33,303 nt of DNA from Octopus sinensis (lineage: Eukaryota), in the NCBI RefSeq assembly GCF_006345805.1, contig NW_021832061.1, positions 1-33,303 on the forward strand. Direction: 5' to 3'. The position numbers and the translations under genes were made by a program. The notes under the pieces are model-generated. The model worked only from the letters and a program-made list of their open reading frames with translations. It was not told the origin of the DNA and searched no databases. Below, in pieces: positions 1 to 11,113 of the stretch (positions are counted from its first letter, which is position 1; every line of letters begins with the position of its first letter).

Positions 1-149
1 AGTCGAAAAATCTAAGGGGAGGTAATTGGTTGTCGTTATTATTGGGGACAGGGGAGATAATTGTTCATCTTTCGGTGGGGAGGATATATATATATATATA
101 CAAAAATTCAAAAACTAGAATAGTAGGGAGAAATATGTACAGTGATGGG

Positions 150-185
<36 letters not shown>

Positions 186-234
186 TATATGTATGTATAT
201 GTATGTATGTACGTATATATGTATATATACATAT

Positions 235-275
<41 letters not shown>
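150..275. repeat. Compound microsatellite (TATG)n/(TA)n followed by (AG)n
   Basis: Direct reading of tandem units. Confidence 0.95.
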
Positions 276-279
<4 letters not shown>

Positions 280-659
280 TTATTTCATCTAAAACATGAA
301 GTGTAACGATAGGGACTTGAATTCTAAATTAAATCTCATATTTAACTATATCATTAGTGTCACTAATAATACTTGAAGAGCAAAATAATAAATCTAAAAT
401 GACACCGCTTCTCGCTTCCTTGCCTGAAAAATTAAGACTGTTAAACTATTTATAAATAGTGTTTGTCCTCTTTTGACTTCTATTAATCATGCGTTGATGT
501 CACTGGAATTTTTCTATAACTCATTTTTCTCATATGTATATGTATTTGTGTATACACAGGCACCCATATGCTCTCACATATATATGCATATATATATTAT
601 ATATGAGCGTGTGTGTGTGTGTGTGCATATATTTTATTCTCATACGCACTCTTTATTTT

Positions 660-975
660 TTCGTTTTCCTTTCTGTTGAAGAGCGTAGGCTCGAAACGTA
701 AAAGACTTTCTCACCTTGCCGAGCGTTAAACTAATACACCTGTTTGTTGTTTAGTTATCTTCTGAAAGAACATCAATGCCCACTGTATGTTTGTGTGTAT
801 AATCAGATACGTGTGTGAATATGGGGAGGGGTGTAAATATGAAGGGTGTCTTCTACATTTATCGAAGATCTAGCCTTTATCGAACAATTCCTCCGAAGCT
901 ACGTACACGAAGTCCGGAATAACTCTCAAACTTATCCTTGCGGAACTAAAAGATATTTATGATTCTTTAGTTAAC
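660..975 (+). mobile_element. Penelope-like repeat fragment carrying a hammerhead-like motif
   Basis: Hammerhead-like motif at 669-704 followed by a non-simple-repeat tail. Resembles an octopus interspersed repeat from recall. Boundaries approximate. Confidence 0.45.
669..704 (+). ncRNA. Minimal type-I hammerhead-like motif, core variant CUGUUGA (A6->U)
   Basis: cttt(669-672)-CTGTTGA-a-GAGC-gtag-GCTC-GAAA-C-GTA-aaag(701-704). Stem I cttt/aaag, stem II GAGC/GCTC, loopless 2-bp stem III (A-U, C-G), GUA triplet. Confidence 0.6.
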
Positions 976-980
976 GTTTT

Positions 981-1180
981 ATTCTTTTACTTGTCTTAGT
1001 CATGTGACTCCATGCTAGGGCACCGCATTTATTCGAACAAATCGATCCCAGGACTTATTCTTTGTAAGCTTAGTACTTAATCTATCAGTTTCTTTTGCCG
1101 AACCGCTAAGTTACGGGGACATAAGCACACAAGCATCGGTTGTCAAGCGATGGTGGGGGGACAAACACAGACACACAAAG
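981..1180 (-). mobile_element. tRNA-derived SINE family B, 3' half
   Basis: Reverse complement matches 31735-31930 (ccgatgct..cttagcggttcggcaaaag..agaataagt..gcggtgc..agcatgg). Confidence 0.9.
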
Positions 1181-1222
<42 letters not shown>

Positions 1223-1240
1223 CAAATATATATACATACA

Positions 1241-1525
1241 CAATTGTAGCGTGGAAAGTGTTTATAAGCCATTTGCAAACACACAAAAAAACGTTCGATT
1301 CACTTCAACATTTAAATCTAATTTGTGTCAAAATATTTTCGTTGCTTTGAAACTACGACCTATTCACTGACAAAACTCTGAGATGCTGCACGAAGTTTTG
1401 TCAGTGAACAGTGGATCTAACGGGTATTTGTGTGTTTTTAAATGGCTTTTAAATACCTTCCACTGCAATTGTTTTTGTTTCAGCACACGATCTCAGATCA
1501 AGTCCCTTTCTATGCAAGTGTATAT
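1241..1525. mobile_element. Palindromic (inverted-arm) repeat inserted into the internal microsatellite of a family B SINE
   Basis: 1241-1303 is the inverted copy of 1412-1471, and 1360-1375 of 1396-1411. The right arm has an internal deletion and extends to ~1525. The element lies between the two halves of one SINE. Confidence 0.75.
1327..1371 (-). ncRNA. Degenerate minimal hammerhead-like motif, G3/C8-type core
   Basis: Minus strand: gtca-GTGAATA-g-GTCGT-agtttcaaa-GCAAC-GAAA-ATAT-TT-tgac. The opposite arm retains gtca-GTGAACA-g (1400-1411). Stem II has one mismatch. Confidence 0.4.
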
Positions 1526-1550
1526 CTCTCTGTTATATATATATATATAT

Positions 1551-1686
1551 ATACGACTGGCTTCTTTCAGTTTCTGTCTACCAAATCCACTCGCTCAGGC
1601 TATAGCAGAAGACACTTGCCCAAGGTGGCATGCAGTGGGAGCGAACCTGGAACCATGTGGTTGGGAAGCAAACTTCTTACCACACG
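1551..1686 (-). mobile_element. tRNA-derived SINE family B, 5' half
   Basis: Reverse complement matches 31545-31697 (gtgtggtaag..ccacatggtt..cccactgc..ttgggcaagtgtcttct..gtggatttggtagac.gaaactgaaagaagcc.gtcgtat), with an internal deletion. Confidence 0.9.
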
Positions 1687-1744
1687 TGGTTTTATAAACA
1701 ACTTTCCATACAATACAAGCATTTATATATATATATATATATGT

Positions 1745-1930
1745 CGTCAGGGCGTCGGACGAAATACACTGTGGTACTTCGTCCGTTTCTTTCTGGTTTG
1801 AGTTCGGATTTCAACAGAATCAGCTTTGCCTTTTATTCTTTCCAGTTCGATACCAGGCAACTACTGGGTCGATAGTATCGACCCGCACTGTCTCCTGAAA
1901 GTCGCTAGCCTTGTGCTTAAATCAGAAATC
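1745..1930 (+). mobile_element. Diverged SINE family A copy
   Basis: Similar to 27439-27841: cggacgaaat..tgagttcggatt..ctttgcctttt..gggtcgat..atcgac..gccttgtgc. Confidence 0.7.
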
Positions 1931-1933
1931 ATA

Positions 1934-1968
<35 letters not shown>

Positions 1969-2228
1969 GCATGAACTTTTTTCCATATATATATTCACAT
2001 ACGCTAATAGAAGTTATATTTGTAAGAAACAACGCCCAAGATGCCGTAGCGTGCATACTGGTTCCAGTGTGGTCAACGAACTGCATTTAAAGAAATCATT
2101 TTGATATTTTCCTTAGTTGAAATTTGTTTAGTAAATGTAATTTTCCTCTCTGGTTCTTTCCTAATGTTTGACAGCAATTCAAATAATATTTTATAATCGA
2201 ATAACTCGAAGGGTGAGGATGAAGAACT

Positions 2229-2296
2229 ATGAGCATGGATGTTTTACTCGATCCATTTGTGCAGATCAGGAAACAGTTGGATAAAATCAATGAACG
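2229..2296 (+). CDS. Candidate first coding exon of an unidentified gene (MSMDVLLDPFVQIRKQLDKINE-R); exon 2175-2296
   Basis: Strong acceptor (ttctttcctaatgtttgacag, ends 2174). ATG at 2229 has A at -3 and upstream in-frame stops. Donor ACG|GTAGAG is weak; ends phase 2. Confidence 0.45.
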
Positions 2297-3526
2297 GTAG
2301 AGCTATGTAGCAAGAGTTAGGGTGACTGAGGGGCATTGAAGACTAGAGTAAGACAATGATGATGATGATAGAAAAAAGTTTGACTACGACGGCCATAGTA
2401 GCCGTACTGATGATGATGACGATGACGATGGTTATGGGGTGTTTGGATGTGGTGTTCATGATGATGTTCGTCGTGATGATGAGAATGTACGAATAACATA
2501 TAAAGATTCTTGATTTAAATATTGTTAACAGTTCTATATATTCACTCTTTGTATTTGGGACGGTAATCGATAAAAGAAAAAAAAGAAAAGATGAAAAAAG
2601 AACAAAACAGTTTATTTTTGTGATGTCATATTTTAAGAGCTGTCAAGAAAAATACTTAGTAAATTAAATCGCTTCGCTCTAGAACTTGTCTAAGTGAATC
2701 AGTAGCACTCATTGACAAGTTCGACTTATTCGCAAGACAGAGTATGAAAAATCATATGTAAAAAATATATATATAATAATAACTGCTTTTAAAAATTTCA
2801 GCCATTAAACACCGACATATGTTGCCCCTTAGTCTTAATAAAATATGAATGCAATTGAACATTGCAAACACAACTTATTTATTTGCATAACATATTCAAT
2901 TATTTATAATTATTTATTTATATTATTTAAGTTTTAAAATTCTCAAATCTGTCGAATTTGTATGCATGAAATCAGTCATTGGAAGTTATTTTAGGGAAAA
3001 TAAGTAGATAGTAAGTTGATACATAGTAATTTCGTCGGAGTTCAGTAGAAGACTAGCAGCGGAAGTATTATTAGGTGGAATAGACAGCTTTAGAACCCTG
3101 CTGTGTGAAGAAGCAGTTTTTCTTTAATAATGTTTCGAAAAATAAACAGCCAAGGAAAGGTTTCCTCACAGCGCCGCGAACAATCTGTTGGAAATCTTAA
3201 ATGTTGGAAAATGTTAAAATGTAAGTTATCAATAAAAATTAGGTCTGTTTAAAATACAGGTTTCTTAAAACAAAATAGTAGAAGTAAAAGTGGTTTTAAA
3301 GGTAAGACGTATTACGCCATTTCCATATGTATCCATCTCAGCTATTTTCACAAAGTTTTCAAGTAATCCATTTTTTCTTTCATTTTCTCGTTTCAAAACC
3401 TTTTTCTTGTATCATTTCTTTTTGTTGCAGCATTTTAATTTTGTTGTTTATATTTCTTTTTATCATTTCTATTTCAAATCAAAAAATTTCATTTATTTAT
3501 CGATGTTGGTTTTCTCACTTCCCTAG

Positions 3527-3610
3527 CTCTGTCGATCAATGCAATAATTATTTCTTAATTTTACACCCTCCCACTGCACATCCTCATGTAACCGCCATCT
3601 TACTAGGCAG
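3527..3610 (+). CDS. Candidate internal exon, phase 2-2 (R-SVDQCNNYFLILHPPTAHPHVTAILLG-S)
   Basis: Acceptor ttggttttctcacttccctag, donor CAG|GTGAGC, 84 nt. Only one frame is open and it is compatible with both neighbouring exons. Confidence 0.6.
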
Positions 3611-4439
3611 GTGAGCGACTGCGATCGATTGAATATAGCTATTTTTTGAAAGAATGGGATTGGAAAAGGAAGATCATATATGTGCCAACGTGACTTAAGG
3701 ATATTCGGCACCTATTGCAGCTTTTGTTTTAATTTGATCAATCTTTTACTAGCTTTTTGTCTCTTTACAATTGATTAACAAATTAAATTATCAATAATTC
3801 ATCATTATCTTTTATTTCCCCACCACCACGACAACCTTCGTCTGTCTTACCCCTACCTCACCCCACGAGCTGCATAAAAATATAACATCCTACAGAAATT
3901 ATTATTTTCGTTCTTGTTTGCGTGTATTTTGTTTGATGCATTTGTTGATTATATCTCTTTCTTTTGGTGTTCACAAAGATTTAGAAAGTTTTAAATGAAC
4001 AAATAAATAAATAAATAAATTTCTTCTTTGTAAAAAAACATTTCGATTTTATTCCACCGAAAATACTTCTAAAAGTTAATAGAATCCTCGAAATGATTAA
4101 TAGAATTTATAATAATATGTTTAATGCTTCAAATGATAACTACCATAATTCCACAGTTACTAAGGTCGCCGGATTAAATACCTTGTTATGTTTAATTACA
4201 CCCTCTTTTATATTCTAACTTCAAGTATAACTAGGGACGACATTAGCTTCGATATCTCAACTCCTTGTAATATATCCGCCTTTTTAACCGGGTTAGCAAT
4301 CAATATTAGTAATATGCAACAGACGGTTATGATTTCTATAGAATAAACTTGGAATGTTAGGCATGTGTATGCTATGCAGACAATTTTATTTTCCTTTTTT
4401 TTTTTAATGATTCCATACACTTTCTCAGAGGAAAATGGT

Positions 4440-4587
4440 TACAGGTGATACCCATTTTGTGCGGGAAAAATTGACACATCCTCAAACCGAAAACTTGACC
4501 TGTATGTCTGCGACTGAGTGAAATACACTAAATGCCTCCAAGGACTAGTGGGGGGGGGGCTGAAGGTTAAACAATGGACACCGTATA
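4440..4587. mobile_element. Possible degenerate Tc1/mariner-type MITE
   Basis: Left end tacaggtgatacccatt; right end reverse complement tacggtgtccatt. Both loosely resemble TACAGGGTGTCC-type TIRs. Imperfect. Confidence 0.25.
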
Positions 4588-4769
4588 AAGTATATCGCTT
4601 AAAATAAGAACAATATAGAATATAGTGAAGTATTTTATAAAATGGGAAAAGTCATTGCAAGTACACAAAACAGAAGAAGAAGAAGAAGAAAGGGACAAGT
4701 ATACGAATTTCGTGGCGACGAACAAGCAAATATATCGAATCCAAGAACCTGACTAATACTTTTTTCCTC

Positions 4770-4858
4770 CCTGGAAAGTTGGCAGCGTTAGATTCGAACT
4801 CAGAACGTAAAATTTGCTTAACTAAATTCCGATACTTTACCGATTCTGTCAACTCTGT
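4770..4858 (-). mobile_element. Degenerate SINE family A head
   Basis: Minus strand reads gagttgacagaatcggtaaag..ttacgttctgagttcgaatct. Confidence 0.55.
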
Positions 4859-5039
4859 TAATTACCAGTATCTTCAAAGCCGCAGCTCTAGAGTAGTAGA
4901 GAATAAGATATAGTAGTCAATAAAGTGCGATGTAAGTAAATATAACAATGAAAGATGTTGCGAGTTGATAGAGGCAAAGTTTGGGGAAGACACTGTTGTT
5001 TTTTGTATGGATGTTTGTTAATGCTTATTATAACACATA

Positions 5040-5249
5040 TAGCTTCTCATACATAACTACACACAAACACATAAACATATACACATGTACATATACACAT
5101 ACGAAACCTATATATATATACTTATACAACTTTCATATACACATATATGCACATACACTTATACACATACACGCACAGAGACGCATATATACATGGACAT
5201 ACACAAATATATTCATATATACACCTATATATATCTATATATCTATCTA

Positions 5250-5287
<38 letters not shown>

Positions 5288-5485
5288 AATACACGCACAC
5301 ATACAAATATACTACCACCTACACACACATACACATACTACGTGTATACATAGTTTATGCTTGTTTTGGATTCTTCTATAATCATCACTTACTCTTCCCC
5401 CCTCTCTCTATCTATTTATCTATCTCTTTATATCATTCTATCTATATCTTCCTCTAGCTAACTATATATATATATATATATATCA
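5040..5485. repeat. (TA)/(CA)-rich degenerate microsatellite
   Basis: Direct reading. Confidence 0.9.
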
Positions 5486-5489
5486 TTCC

Positions 5490-6010
5490 AGCATCAATTA
5501 CTCTCTCTCTCTCTCTCTCATTCTTTCACTCTCTTTTTTTGTTTTTCCTGCTCCCTTCTCTCTTTCTATCTCTATATCTCTTTCAATATAAGTTTACACG
5601 AGAAATATATATATTATAGCATCCATCCTTTTCTCATTTCTCTTCTTTTTTTCTCTCTCTCCCTCTCTCCATCTCTTCCCCCACTCTCTCCATCTTTCGA
5701 CCCCCCTCTCTCTCTCTGTATCTTTCTTATTCTCTCTTTTGTTAAAACTTCGTTTTCTTCACTTTCCTTCTCTCTTTCCGCCTCTTTCCGCTTCTGTATT
5801 CCATTTCATTTATTCCATGTTATCTCCTTGCTCTCCTTCCACCATCTCCACCTCCCTCTCCCGCTCCACAAATTTCCTTCTTTCTTTTCTTCTTTCTTTT
5901 TACGATGCTCCACTTAGCTCCTCCCTTCCCTTCTCTCTCTCTTTCTCTTCTATTTCCAACATCTTACTACTAGAACGTTTCTCTCGTTTCGTTTTTCCTC
6001 TGCTCCCCTC
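5490..6010. repeat. ~0.5-kb pyrimidine-rich (CT-rich) low-complexity tract
   Basis: Direct reading; strongly C/T-biased + strand. Confidence 0.85.
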
Positions 6011-6876
6011 TTAATTCCTATGATTTTTCACTTTTTTTTAACAAGTCAGTGTGTCACGTACAATACAGGTGATATTTTGGCGCTTCCTTTTATATTTACA
6101 CGCGCACATACACATTTACACATTTACACACAAACGTACACACTCAAATACACACACACACATACACAAATATATATATATATATATATATACGAATACA
6201 TGAAAACAAACTCTTCCAAACTTCTTTATGTATATTTTCATTTATCCATAAAATGGATGCCGAAGACGGGATAGCAACAAACACTCAGGTAGTATCGGAT
6301 TGTTGTGTCGGATAAGTTGACACTCACATTCCTTTCCAAGCTAAAAAAAAAAAAATCAGGAATAACTTTGAAATAATGTTGCATTCCATGTAAATTTAAT
6401 TTTATACGACACGATCGGAGGCGGGAGTACTGAAAATTGTTTGAAACTTATTATAAAGAAAAAACATTATTTGCGCAGAAAATATCCCGTAACTGACATA
6501 AAAGCATACGTACATACACACGCATACACACACACACACACATATATATATATATCCACAGCACTCATATGCATACATAGATATATCTGTATCTATCTCC
6601 TTATCACTCTATATCTCTTTCCCCTCTCTCTCTCCATATATATATTATACACACATATACATGTGCACATGTTGTTAAATCTATCTACTTGAGAAATGTC
6701 TATTCACACTTAACTTAGGAGTCCAGTTCTTATTTTGTATTGTTACTCTGGTGGAATATAGAGAGAAAAAGAGAGGGGGAGAGGGGAATAGTAAGTGTTG
6801 TGTGTATAATGTAATATATTGAATATGCAAAACATGGATTCTATAATATTAAGAAAAGAGAAATTAGAATAACAAC

Positions 6877-6877
<1 letters not shown>

Positions 6878-6943
<66 letters not shown>

Positions 6944-6960
6944 ATAGTAGTAGTAGTAGA
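6878..6960. repeat. (AGT)n microsatellite
   Basis: Direct reading. Confidence 0.95.
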
Positions 6961-7389
6961 TAAGGAAAGTTTGCTGTATTTTCATTGGTTAAAAGTGAAA
7001 ATAGCAAAACTAGTGGTGAGAAAGAAACCATTGGGATGATAAGATTTTTTTTTTTTGTTTTTCTTTTACAAACAAAAGAAAAGAAACAAAAAAGAAAGAT
7101 AGAAACAAAATTGTACGAGAGAGGGGGGGGAAATGGAAATGTGTGTGAGAGGATGGAAATGTAAAGAAAGAAAGAAGACGGGACTCAACATGTGGTCGAG
7201 TATTGAAAACGTAGTAGTGGGGGTTGGAAACAGGAGACAGGAAGAGGCACTTTGGAAAAGAATCTATAGAAAGGAAAAAAATGGTAATAAATAACTATTG
7301 GAACAACATGGACATACCTCTCTCCTGAACTTATAGACTTTTTTTTTCCCACCAGTTCATGTCTGGCTAATTTCGTGTACGCAATTCAG

Positions 7390-7391
7390 AT

Positions 7392-7437
<46 letters not shown>

Positions 7438-7550
7438 GTATGTATGTATATATATGCTTATAAGAAACAGTCCAATACTATTGCAAGTCATACATACATA
7501 AATACATGCGTACATACATACATATATACATACATACATGCATGCATACG
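7390..7550. repeat. (TA)n/(TACA)n microsatellite
   Basis: Direct reading. Confidence 0.9.
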
Positions 7551-7576
7551 AGCATAAATGATATTAACAAATTTAG

Positions 7577-7706
7577 TGACACGTGCATATACTCTCATTT
7601 TTATAAAGTGAAACGAAATATATTTCTTCACTTGGCACACACATATACACCACTTTTACCAAGAATTTTTGTTTCCGCTGCTGAAAGAACGCCAGGACCC
7701 GGAACG
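7577..7706 (+). CDS. Candidate internal exon, phase 2-0 (S-DTCIYSHFYKVKRNIFLHLAHTYTPLLPRIFVSAAERTPGPGT)
   Basis: Acceptor aacaaatttag (ends 7576), donor ACG|GTATGT. From this acceptor only the phase-2 frame is open, matching the end of exon 3527-3610. Confidence 0.5.
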
Positions 7707-8715
7707 GTATGTTATTTTTACCAAGTTTTTTTTGTTCAAAGAAACAAAATCATATAAGCAATAACTGGAATACATGTCAGCACTTTACACGTTGACGATG
7801 TTACAACTTTGTTACGGGATGAAAAAAGTGCACGCATTGAAGCGAAAACGGATATCAACAAGTGACTGTGATAATAATTTTAAACAAAGTTCTTAAAAGG
7901 AAAACAATTGCTGAGTGGAATTAAAGAGCTTTGTAGCTTGAAAGAAGAGCTGGTTAGATGAAGAGGAGAGCATGGAATGGAAGAAAACAGCTGGAATCAA
8001 GACGTGTTTTGATAAACAAATGGGAGACATGTAAAAGGAGAGAAAAGAAGAAAAACAAGAAAAAATGTAATGAAATTAATATTTGTTGTAATAATTATTC
8101 TTAATATCTTAATCAAAGTTACTGCCACTACAAATATTCATTATAATTATAATTATAATAGTAATAGTAATAATAATATTTTTAACGATTTTAATTCTTT
8201 TCGAATATATTATTCAATAGATCCTTAGTAATTTTCTGTTTCTTTGAGGGTTTTTTTTTCAAATAGTAGGACATTTTTTTACGTATCTTCCTTGAATATT
8301 TATATATATATATATTTTATCACTTTGTTTATTATATTTATTTGACTATTAAAAAAAAAACTTGGTAGGTTTTATTATTGAAAAATATATTAAAATGCTT
8401 AGATAAAAATCCACAGTAAAAAAATAAGAGTTCTAAGTTCACATAAAAATTATAGGGTTTGCTGAAAAAAAAAATGTTTAAACACGCGATGAAGAAAACT
8501 AAGAAAAAATATTTTCTGGTACCCATTCCCTTAACTTAGAGGGGGAAAAACACGATGAAGAAATTTTTTACAACCAAAGACATTTCTGGAAATTGAGGTA
8601 AAAAGAAAAAAAAACAAACACAGTGAGAAAGAATGATAAAAGTAAGTGAAGTACGGGAGAAAACTATGAAGTTTGTGTTTCACTTGAATAGTGTTAATGA
8701 CAACTTTGATAAGAG

Positions 8716-8861
8716 GTTGTGATGGAGAAAAAGAGAAGCGCTAGTGGCAACTCGCTGGCAGAATTGGACTGTGAATTTTCGGCCCACGCTGAAAGCGAGA
8801 TTCTCAATGAAAAAGGCAAACCAAAACCAAAGTCTGCATTGAAACAGCACCCCTACAACAG
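8716..8861 (+). CDS. Candidate exon, phase 0-2 ([49 protein letters not shown])
   Basis: Open frame in locally GC-richer sequence, donor CAG|GTAGTA. The acceptor (gataagag) is poor and there is an in-frame TAA at 8710. Confidence 0.35.
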
Positions 8862-8879
8862 GTAGTACTTTACTTGGGA

Positions 8880-9031
8880 CCTTTCTCCCTCCGTTCTCTC
8901 TCTCTGTCTCTCTGTCTCTCTCTCTGTCTCTCTCTTTTTCTCTCTCTGTCTATCTCTCTTTCTCTCTCCTCTCTCTCCCTATTTCCATCTCTTTATGCAT
9001 GTATGTACATATATATATATATATATACATA

Positions 9032-9071
<40 letters not shown>

Positions 9072-9195
9072 GTGTGTGTATATATATATACATGTGCATA
9101 CACACACATATGCGCATATTTATGCATACATTTATATACATATATCTATATATATATACATATGCAAATATAAATGCATATAGATATGTATATGC

Positions 9196-9262
<67 letters not shown>

Positions 9263-9290
9263 GATGTGTGTATATGTATGTATATATTCC
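8880..9290. repeat. Compound (CT)n/(TA)n/(TG)n microsatellite
   Basis: Direct reading. Confidence 0.95.
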
Positions 9291-9566
9291 TCTCTTGTCC
9301 CTTGCTCACATTATCTCCCAACTATTGACTTTGTTTATTGAGTTCGTTTATTTGTTTGCTTTTCGTTGTTAGTTTTCAATTTTGTTTTTCTCTCATTTCT
9401 CTATTACTTCTGTTTTTATTTTATTTAAATGCTGATTTTCTTAAAAAAAATTTTAACATAATATACAATGACACAACCATTAGCATCATCATCAACAACA
9501 ATAATAATAATAATAATATCTATATATACACATATATGTATGTATATATGTATATATATTATATAT

Positions 9567-9600
<34 letters not shown>

Positions 9601-9894
9601 CATATCTGCACACACTTGGGATAGGTAGTATTTAGTCAAAGCATGTTAGGGTTTTATTTGATTGCTTGCATAAAAGAAAATTGCTGTTGTTTTCTTTCGT
9701 TTTATTTTGTTCTTGCTATATTTTGGGTCATTTATTTTTGTTGATGTTGTTGCTTTCGTTATCGGTTTTTTTTTATTCTTGTTGTTAACTCCCTTCACGC
9801 ATAAGTATTCAAGGCATAGATTTCAAACCTTCCTCGTTCCAAGAAATAAGATAAAGGGAGCGATTGGAGCGCTTTTGTTCCAATTTATGTCAGA

Positions 9895-10092
9895 CTCAAG
9901 GAGGCAGCTTCTATGTGGTCGCTCAAAATGGTAGAAATACAGTCAAATCTCCCTCAAGTCACACTGTAACTCTTAGAAAAGAATCCTACGTCTCCTGTAG
10001 TTAGGAAAAAGACGGAATGGTCACGGCTGGTGTGCTTTGATCATAGGTCTGCTGATCGGGGCAAACTTGTTGCTTACAACAACAACAACGGC
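9895..10092 (+). mobile_element. Retroposon 3' fragment with (AAC)n tail
   Basis: Ends atggtcacggctggtgtgctttgatcataggtctgctgatcggggcaa..caacaacaacaac. An inverted related copy is at 11560-11640. Confidence 0.7.
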
Positions 10093-10244
10093 AGCAAGAA
10101 CTATTGCATATTCTATGAGGTGGAGTTTAAATATAACTGTTCACAAACTTTCAGCGCATAGAAAGTCACACATCAAAATAAAGTGGAACTTGTATCACCT
10201 TTGACCTTTCATTCAAGATGACTTTCCTTGAACGGTCAAAGACT

Positions 10245-10313
<69 letters not shown>

Positions 10314-11113
10314 CATATATTTATACATATATTTATTTATTTATACATATATTTATTTATTTATTTATTTTGACTCTATTCTTATATCTAAGGCCCCCAC
10401 CACACCTCCTCTCCTCTCTCGTTTTCTCTCGTTCTATAACACTGTAGGTTTTTATGAACTAAAATTCACAAATTCATAAGTACAAAATATCATATTTATA
10501 TACGCACATAGAGGAGCATATACATGCATATATACACACGCACGCATATGTGTATGTGTGTGTGTATACGTATGTATATGAATGTATGTATGTGAATAAA
10601 TGTCTGAGCCAGTATGTGTATGCGTGTGTTTATATGTATATACTTAATATGCATGTCTGTATATGTTCGTTTGTTGGTTTTACTAAGTATGTCTATTTTT
10701 GCACTTGTGTGTGCGTGTGTGTGTGTGTGTGCGCGTACCATTTAATGAATAACCTTCATAAATTAAATTATGCAATGTTTAGAACCAGTCTTTGCAAGAT
10801 TGCCGAAAATATTGAAGAACTATCGATTTAATGTTAGCTAAACGTGAAGTGTTTAGGAAATATAAATATATTAGATAAAGTGGAAGTAACTCGTTTCACC
10901 TTTTTTTTCTTCTTCTTAACTTCCATCAGCCAAAAAAGATACTTTTTTATATGTATCGATTTGTGATTTAAGCAGATCGACAGTGCAAGAAGCAGTGGGA
11001 GGATCTGATGGTTAATTCGACCTTAATACATTACTGGTACTAATTTTATTAATCTTGACAGTGTGTGAATATTTAGTTAAGATAAAACACTGTAAGATAT
11101 ATATTTCTGCTAT

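Noticed and set aside
2317-2499. His-rich minus ORF / Asp-rich plus frame
   Set aside because: Degenerate (GAT)n low complexity; no splice context, and the plus frame is preceded by an in-frame stop.
2682-2722. Hairpin gaacttgtc...gacaagttc as a pre-miRNA
   Set aside because: Only 9 bp plus 4 bp of pairing; too short and imperfect.
7609-7611. TGA opening the alternative frame as selenocysteine or readthrough
   Set aside because: No SECIS identified, and an ordinary frame explains the exon.
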